Assembly: GCA_965112155.1 (NCBI GenBank)
Contig: OZ218104.1
Reading direction: 5' to 3' (one strand)
Source: Podarcis liolepis
Lineage: Eukaryota
DNA length: 64,000 bases
Of the stretch, positions 53,501 through 62,500 are shown in pieces (position 1 is the first letter of the stretch; each line of letters begins with the position of its first letter). Made by a program: the position numbers and the translations under genes. Under the pieces are notes generated by a model. The model saw nothing but the letters and a program-made list of their open reading frames with translations, made no database searches and was not told where the DNA came from.

Positions 53501-56500
53501 TTTGAGGTGCTGTTATTGTTAAAAGTCAAATCTATAATTACTTCCTATAAACCTGTACGTGGAATACAATGCACCAACAGAACGTTGTGTATGGATCACT
53601 TTCCCCACAAAAGCCTACTTGTGCCCCAAGGTCATCCTCAGGGAGGAATTGTGAGTGCCCTCATTCCCCCAAAGCAGCAAGTAATCACCAGGAGAAAGGT
53701 CCATCACAGTGCCAATGCCTTGCCCTGGCACCTACGCTCAATATCCTGTCAGCACTGAGCAAAGAAAAGTTTTACTCTCCCAGGCATTCCAACCATGAGT
53801 TCCATTCCCAAGGCTTGGCCTTTGTGCTGCTCTGCCATCTCCTGGTCTAGACTGTTTTATTGTAACATAACATTTCTTTAAAAATGAATACATACAGTTC
53901 TGGTTGTTGCCTCATCTAAAAAAGGGCACCTGAGAGCTGGAAAAGGAGTGACTAAAAGTATGTGGTGGGGGGAGGTTGGGTTGAGAACTTCCCCTGCAAG
54001 GCAAACTGCAAAACTAAGATGACTAGGGGAGGAGAAGGGAGACTTGAGGAGCTGCAGAATTATGCATGCTGCAGCACAGCCTTTGCCAACCTGGTGCCCT
54101 CCATGTGTTTTGGAAAACTCCTCCCATCAGCCCCAGCAACCTTACAGATATGCAAGCTTCCAGGTATACAAGAAACCCAAGGCTGCTGAGAGGGCCACAC
54201 TCAGGTTCCATGCTGCCTTTAAATACACAAACAGACTGTCATGGCCTGTTCATTTTATGGAGTGAAGGCAAGCTAACTGTCTGGGCAAATGCCACTCAAT
54301 TACCACCTCCTCTGCTTCAGCAAAGTTTTTATCCCACAGGATTCAGCTGCTTTGCTCTTTCTGCCCACTGGACAATGCCCATCCCAAATGCCCGGAAGGG
54401 ATCCTGCAAAACTGCTGAGTGCCCAAAGGCGGAACACCTGCCACTCACCAGCTTCTGCTGCCATTTGAAATCAGATGTTTTGCACAAACTCAAATGCTGC
54501 CCCTAGAGACAGCCAAAAGCAAGTTTCATAGCTATTCACAGAATTCAAGTCTAAACAGCGTTTGGGTTTGTAATCTACAGTTTGTGGGTTAGAAGGAGGA
54601 AGTTTACTATCCCAAGCACAGGTGTGCTTTGACCCACATCACCTCATTGTGGGGGGAATGCATGCAGAAATATGCTCGCTTCATCTGAATGCCTCCCCCC
54701 CCCCCAGTTACTTGCAGGAAAGAACCTCACATCATTGAGAGGTGCCTCATAGTTCACCATCTGCTCTGAATTCCTTCTAAGCAGCATCCTCTGCCACCAA
54801 AGCCCTCTGCAAACCATGGTTTGCAGCAACTCAATGGCACTATCCAGTCCAGCGCAAGATCCAAGCATAAGAATGCACAGCAGAATCTCCCCATCTGTAA
54901 AATGCTACAGAGGATCCCCCAGTTTCATTAACAAGAGGCAGTTGTTTTTTACCTGGCTGGTATAAAGACACTGGTGTTGCTGAAATTGGAATCGCCGGAG
55001 GCATCCAGGCAGCCTGCAGGGAGACAGGTGTCAGTTAGCTTGAACACGGCACAACACTGTCAGAGGAACACAAAGGGCTGGCACTTGCAAGGACTGCTCC
55101 CCAAACAAAATAGTGATGTGGCCCCAGGTAAGAATGTTCTGAAAACATCAAGACAGTGAGGTAGTCAGGTCTGTAGATAACATTCGGGATGATGAAAACC
55201 AAGCAGCCTCATTGCTGAGGTCCATGGTGCAGCTGACACTCTGAGCAACTGCCAAAATGCCTCTGTTGAAGACCTGGCTTCATTTCCAACTGAGCCTCCC
55301 CTCACCGGGAACCTGATCAACAGTTGTTGTTTGCTTCTCTCTCGAGGACACCATCCTCCACCCTTTTCTTACACACAGAACTACTTGAGAACACCACCTT
55401 TTAAAACCCAGCCAATATAAGACAGGCTAAGTGACTGGAGATACAATTTTCCCCACTATGGAGTGATTGGGTAGCCTTGGAACACAATGTCTTGATTGGC
55501 TCACCTTTTCCCAGTCTTTCCATGGTGAGAAACTAGTACTGTCCTATCTCCACTTGTTTAGCACATTATCATGCCGCTCCCCTAGCCTTGTACTTTTCTC
55601 AGGTAACCCCTTCTCTCCAGCCCAACAGAAAACATATTGCAATATACCAAAGTCCAGGTCATGAGAGCAGGGATACGTATATGCACAAAAAGCCAGACAG
55701 AAAGACAGTTTGCTTTGGGGGGGAAAGGACTTACCGCCGGAGGTCACCTCCTGCTTGGACAGAGATTCATCCTGATCACCCTCCATTATCTGGGGGGCTG
55801 TTGTGGGCTGCTTGGTCTCATCAACCTCATCATCTTCCGGAATAACCAGCTTCATGAGGCTCTGGTTGCACACATTGGCCACCTCTTTGATGCCTGCACC
55901 CCAGGGATGTAAGGAACATTCATTCCCAAGTCATGTTCCCAATCACCATTGTAGTAGGCTCATACAGAACAGGCCCTATGGCAAGAGTCTAGCCTCAAGA
56001 TCTTTCACAGGGGCCCATAGGCACTAGAACCACAGACAGGGGAGAGGGAGGGGGTGCTGGACCAAGCCAAAAGGGGCCAATAAGATGCCTCACTGGGAAC
56101 CCCACAAGCAGGACCTGAGCACAAGAGCATCTTTCCCTACTTGAGATTCCTAGCAGCTTGTATTCACAGGCACACTGGCCCTGACAGTGGAGGAAGAACA
56201 TTGCCATCATGGCTTGTAGGCACTGATAGCCTACTCCATGAATTTGTCTGGTCTTCTTTTAAAGCCATCCAAGTTGGTGGCTATCACTATTTCTTGTCGG
56301 AGTGAGTTCCATAGCCTTTAAGTGCTAGAAAACTGGTTTCAGGCTGATTGGTTTTCAAGACAAAACCTTTTAATTTTTAGGCTGGCAAAGGTTGCATCAG
56401 ATATCAGATTTGGCAAATGTTTAGAGAACAATACAGCACAAGCCCTCTATCAGAAAAAAATAGGAAAGATTCTCAACTCATGGGCCAAAAGGAATACTGA

Positions 56501-59500
56501 AGTATGCTTGATTCCTTCTCATGGCCCAGCCCAAGCGATGCTAAATCTTTCAGTAAAGATACCGAACAAAAGAGGTGTCCACATGAAAATGGCTCTCCTA
56601 CTGAAGCCAGTCCTTTGCTTAAGCATCCCAGGAAAAGCAATTGTGGGGCTGCTCTGATGTCAAGGAAAGCACAGAAAGCAGAGTTGCTTATGGGGCTGCC
56701 CCCAGTCCTTTTCATGATCCACAGGCTCACAAGGAAGCAGCAGCAGCAAAATCCTCCAATGGCGTAAACCAGGGCTGTTGACTTAGCCTGACCCTCCTCC
56801 CTCCTTTCTGCCAGATGCTGACGGACATTTGTGAAGGAAGGGATGGGAGGAGGAGGAGGAGGAGGAGGAGGAGGGAGGCAACAGCCTCTGCTGCAAGGAT
56901 ACTCTTCTTCCGGTCGTCATAGGACAGGCACGGCAGGACAGCTGTCAGGATCCCTGAGGAATATGGCAGCATCACCCGGCCAGCCAGCTGGATGAATTCG
57001 CGCATCCAGCACATGGCAGTCAACTGGATTAGGTCATCTGCAGTCAAAGTGATCAGGAAACAAAAAGGTGGTTTAGCAGGATGCCTGGAAAGGGGTGGGT
57101 GAGGTGCCTCTTTTTCCCCAGGAAGCCTTCCCTCCTCTTCCCTCCATCACTGCTGAACAGTGCTGCTTCTGTTCTGCTCCTATGCTTTGTCTTGTGGTTT
57201 CATTTTAATAATACTTGTTTCAGTTGTGATGGTTCTGGAACACACATGAGGATTATACGGTGAAGGGTGGGCTGGAAATACAAATAACTTACCAGAAGCC
57301 TGGCAGTGAATCACCAAGATGTTGGCCATCTCAGCAAACTTGACACTGGAAGGGTTCTTCTTGATCTCTTTCAGAAATTCACCAAGGGCTACTTCACACC
57401 TGTGTGCAAGGGGGGGAAAGCAGGGGGTTCAGAGATAGGTCTTCTGCTATAGGGGAAATAACATGAAAGGGTGGAAAGGGAAGCAGAGGCCCTTTTCTGT
57501 TCACTCATTCTCCTCACACAGACAGAGGACACACAGTCAGAGTCTCCTTGTTGGGCATCCAGCACAGGTTCCAGCCTAGAAACTTTGGTTTCTACCAAGA
57601 CACTTGAACATAGAGCCCTGAAGTTGGATCACACCAAGATGGGCCCATCTCACCCAGCATCCTATTCTTCAAGTGGCCGAGAAGATGTCCCTGTGGGAAG
57701 CTCTTGAGCAGGACACACAAGGCAACAGCCCCCTCTTCACACCCAAAGCTGCTGCTTCCTGTTTAAGAGTGTCAACTGGGTTGAAGCTGAAGGAAATGGT
57801 GATGCAACTTATGGAGCACTGCCCTGGAAACAGGGGGGCAAAGCCTGCGTATCAACAGCCAAGCAGTTATCCCCAGATCCAGCTCTGCACTCACATTTTA
57901 CGTATCTCCTTGCTGTTATCACCCAGGATCTGGAAGAGGCCATCTAGAATCTCTGGCAGGTAATCCAGAAGGTTGATATCTGGAACTGACTCCAGAACCA
58001 AGATCTAATTCAAGGGGAAAAGACAAACAAAAGGAAGATGATACAGAAGCGCAGTGGCAAGAAGTAGCATGTGTCTCTTTAGACCTAGACCGGATTTGCC
58101 ACAAGATGTCAAGTGGTGCTTTTTGGGTCCTAGAGCAGCTTGCATAATGGGAGAGGAGGAAGGGGACAGAGAGTGGGGGTAACATCATTTCAGGGGCAAC
58201 CTTCAGCCAGCCCAGCCTGGCCTTTAGCAAGTGAGTTTCTAAAGGAGATGGGGTGTTCTGGAAAATTAGATTATGTGCCAGTGGCGGACCTACATTTCGG
58301 GGGCCCTGAAGATTGAACTGTCATGGGAGCTCCTTGCAACCAGAAACAAGGTCTAGGTAGCCACTGTTATCTTCTTCAATGGGGTTGTTGCCATGACAGA
58401 TCCCCACACATTCACATCTGCGCTACTGACTCTCGGGATTGTTGAAATATATACAATAAAGCTCAACTCAAATTGGGTCTACTATGAGCTAGGGATGCGG
58501 GTGGTGCTGTGGTCGGTGGTTTGAATCAGCGCAACAGGGTGAGCTCCTGTTGCTTTGTCCCAGCTTCTGCCAACCTAGCAGTTTGAAGCACATCAGTGCA
58601 AGTAGATAAATAGGTACCACTGCGGTGGGAAGGTAAATGGCATTTCTATGAGCTCTGGCTTTCATCACAGTATTCTGTTGTGCCAGAAGCGGTTTAGTCA
58701 TGCTGGCCACATGACCCAGTAAGCTGTCTGTGGACAAATGCTGGCTCCCTTGGCCTGAAAAGTGAGATGAGTGCTGCACCCCATAGTCGCCTTTGACTGG
58801 ACTTAACTGTCCAGTGGCCCTTTACCTTACCTTACTGCTAGAACTAAACATTTTAAGCAGTGTGGACTAAATTCACTTTTGTGGCCCCTCCAGGATTAAG
58901 GGGACTGCAGCTTAAGCTTCATTTGTTTAATAGCAGATCTCCCCGTTATGTACATTCACTCAAAAGAAACAAGACCCAAAAAGTCTTTGAGATACATGGA
59001 AGATTTGCCTCACTAATCATTTAAATTTTTAGCCAGCTCAAGGTTAAAATATGCTCCCCAAAGTATTTGAGACTGACAAGGTGGAAATCAGCCTTTCACA
59101 CTCTGAAAGGTCATTTTAGGCCACTAAGAGGCACCTCACATAGAAGAGAGCTGGTGCCTTCAGCACCAGCAAGTCTTCACTGGTAAGGAATTCCACACCT
59201 GTAGAAAGTCTCTCAAAGGCCCTTTTCATGCAGCCAGGGCACACAGGTGGTCAGCACAAGGGACTCCCTTCTGCTAAACCTGCAACAGGGCTTGGAAAGA
59301 AGGTATCAGGAAGTCAGCAGCTACTGGTGACAAACTGCAAACAATGCCAAGGAGAAACAAGAAAGGCCTTTCTACAAAGGAACTATGCATCACCTGTTAC
59401 CAGCAGTTTCTAAAAGAACCATCAAGAGCAACAATATACACAGCAGCTCCAGCTGCTTCCCAAGCAGGTAATAAGCACCCCCATGCTGCTGTTTATACCA

Positions 59501-62500
59501 CCATCCATTCCAAAGTATCAGAAAACACTGAGCTGACAGTTATAAAACACACTGCTCACTTGAAATGCCAGAGAAACAAATCCCAGCATCAGACCAAAAA
59601 CACTTACCCAGGAAATGATAAACTGTCGAGCATACTGGTTGTTGGAATAGATTCTCTCACGCAGCAGTGGAATGAAGCTCACCAGATCAAAGTTGTTGCT
59701 CTCGGTCACAATGTCCTAGAAAGTCAGAGCCAATGAGCATGAGAATGAGCCTTGACTCCCTTCCCATCACTGCTTGAACCCTACATAAAGTCCAGGACCT
59801 CTACCACTCTAGAAAGGAGAGAGAGCCTTCCAGCCATGCATAAGCTCAGCCTTCACCAGCCAGGAGTCTTCCAGATGTTCCGGACAACATTGTGGTGCTT
59901 TAAGGGCTGCTGTCCAGTCTTTTCCTAACAGAGATGTGGGTTCTGGCTGATGCTGTCCTACAATCTGCTTCATATGCTTGCTGAACACACCATGATAGCC
60001 AACACTTGCCTTTATATTCCAGTGTGAATGTATGACCTCAGCATTTGTAAGAGGATGATCCCTGAACACCCCCCCCCCATTTCCAAGCATTCTGCAGAGA
60101 TTTAATGTCCTTAATTTTCCTTTTGAACTAATTTCCTTCTTATTGAAAAAAATCCATTTTTGAAACCAAATGCAACTACAGTTAACTTAGTTGGCAAATC
60201 TCCAGCCACCATATGTATACAAAAGTGAAACATCGCCAACTAAATTAAACATAGTCCCATCTGGTTTCAAAAGAGGAATCCATATGCACACAAACACACT
60301 TGGTAACGTTGTGTTCTTGATCAGTCAACAACACTTGTATCAGGGGCACAGGTCCCGAGGGTTAATTATTAAAACCAGCATTAAGTTCCTGGTTGCTGCA
60401 CTCTTGGAGGCTCCATGACCAGAACCCTTCTAAGGCACAGCGGCTTCGTAAACCTAGAACTTCAGGTAATTTACTGTGTTCCAAATATGTTTTTACTCTG
60501 TTGATGTGAATGTGGTTGAAATCATGCTCATTACACCACTCTCCCCCCACTTTTCTCCACTTCCAGTTGATCCTCAGAGTTCTGGTCATGAGGGCAATGC
60601 CCTCCGTGCTAAATTAGTTTCCATGTTTGGTATTATGACCAACAGCGATTCTGTGGAAGAGCTGGTTCCTCTTTCATTTCCTAGTTTTTTGGACTCTATG
60701 CCTTCTTTCAGAGAACAATCACACCCTGTCCGTTTTCTATAGAGGTTGTGAAGAACCAAATCTCCACAATCTTTTATTTTTTAAAAACCCTGTTTGTTTC
60801 CCTTGTCCTAGATGACCAAAGCCTCACACCATTTTAAATATCTGCTCTTTGTTCTCTGGAGTGCTTGAGAAGTCCTCTGGTGGCTCAGCCAGATGCCCAG
60901 GCAAAGGTCAAAGCTGCTTCAGAGGTTTTACTGTATAGTTTTTTCTTCCCCTTTCCTAGGGAACTCAGATACTCTGTTTCTTCTGGAAGAGGAAGCTCGC
61001 TTTTGTGTAATTCTGCTTGCTCTTCAGGGAACAACCAATCTCAGAGGACAGTGGGAACAAGGAAGGTGACCTTTGATCTCTAAAGAAGAAGGCTGGTGAG
61101 CAGCATCTGCCTTGCCTCTAGAACAAGATGGCTTGTTTCTTAGCAATCTAGGATCCAGTGCCAGTAGCTAGAGCATCCAGCCAGAGGTGCATTATGCATG
61201 CTCAGTTTGCTTTATGAACCTGGTTTCAGTTTCCCATCTTTCAAACTCCCATAAATTTCTGATTCCCTTAGAAAAATTAACAGAAGCGTTTGTCTGTGGG
61301 AGTTGGGTCCACATTCCAGTGCTACTTAGTTCCAACACAGTCTCCAGCCTTCTCAGGTGCCTCATATAAAGCATGAATGGCAGGGCTGCTGAGAACATGG
61401 TCTCTCTCCTGGCCTGGGACTCTGGCAAACACCCAAACTCACCACTTTCTGCAAAATTACCTTTCATATTACTCATCACTTGTATCACACCCAGAAGAAC
61501 ATTCTCACTTTTTTTAGCACCTTTCTATATTTAAAACTTGAAAACCAGGATAGTGGATTCTACATGAGATCACAAATACCACAATTTGATACCTGAAATC
61601 AGCCAAGCAAATTCCTAGGTTCTTTGCCTTATTCAACACCCCAAGACTAATGCAGGAAATATGCATCCCTCCATCTGTAACCTATCCCCGGCACATCATG
61701 AGCTGCTGTCAGCAGGAAGAACTGTACCTTCAGAAGCCGGTCCAGGAGTTCAGATCCACTTTTGACATTTGGGTCTGGATCTGCAGCAAGCTAGGAAAAA
61801 CAGAGAGAGTATGTGGTGTGGCTGAGCCATGTGCATAAGACACTAGTAGTGACTTGACCAAGAGACAACTATTTTCTGTTGGCTATTGACTCCCAGCAAT
61901 CGGACAGTGACACCACCTCCTGTCTGACAATAAACTGAGCTCCAGAAATGCCCAGAAAGTGTGCAAAGCCAGAGGCAAGCCCCACCCACAGGTGCACACC
62001 ACCATCCGAGCTATGGTTGCCATGAGCAATCTGGAAAGCACATTCATGGACCCCTGGACCAGACTCTCTGCCAGGTTCCCAGAGCTCTTCTGCAGCCATG
62101 TTAGTATTAGGGGGATGAACTGGAGTGAAGGCATCAATGTAGGAGGAACATTTTCCTCTAGGGGATGCTTATGGAAATCCTCAGTGCCATCTCTCAGCCC
62201 CAGTTGTCCAGAATCAGCACCCACACCTCCAAAGAGCCCCAGAGCAGGAATATACAGGACATCAGAGACCTTACATGTGTGAGACATTCTTGGCCTGTCA
62301 AGAAAACCCATTACCTTGCTCAAGCCATCAAACAGCACTTTGAAGTGGGGGAGGACAGAGCCTCTGGCCACCTTCACGATGTTGTATAGGGCCTCACAGG
62401 CGTAGTACCGCAAGCGGCTGTCAGCATCATTGAAGCATGTCAGCACAGGCTCAATGAGCTCCTTCAAGTACAGACCAGAGTCCTGCAAATCAAAACACAA

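Larger units (their letters stand above)
55894..56902 (-). other. U12-type (minor spliceosome) GT-AG intron 8
   Basis: Donor GTATCCTT (56902-56895); branch-like TTCCTTAC (55916-55909) about 16 nt before the AG; no polypyrimidine tract. Confidence 0.88.

Noticed and set aside
53680-53770. Cryptic minus-strand acceptor ttttctttgctcag in intron 10 as an alternative exon
   Set aside because: The frame continuing from exon 10 hits TGA after about 22 codons, and I see no convincing donor or homology.
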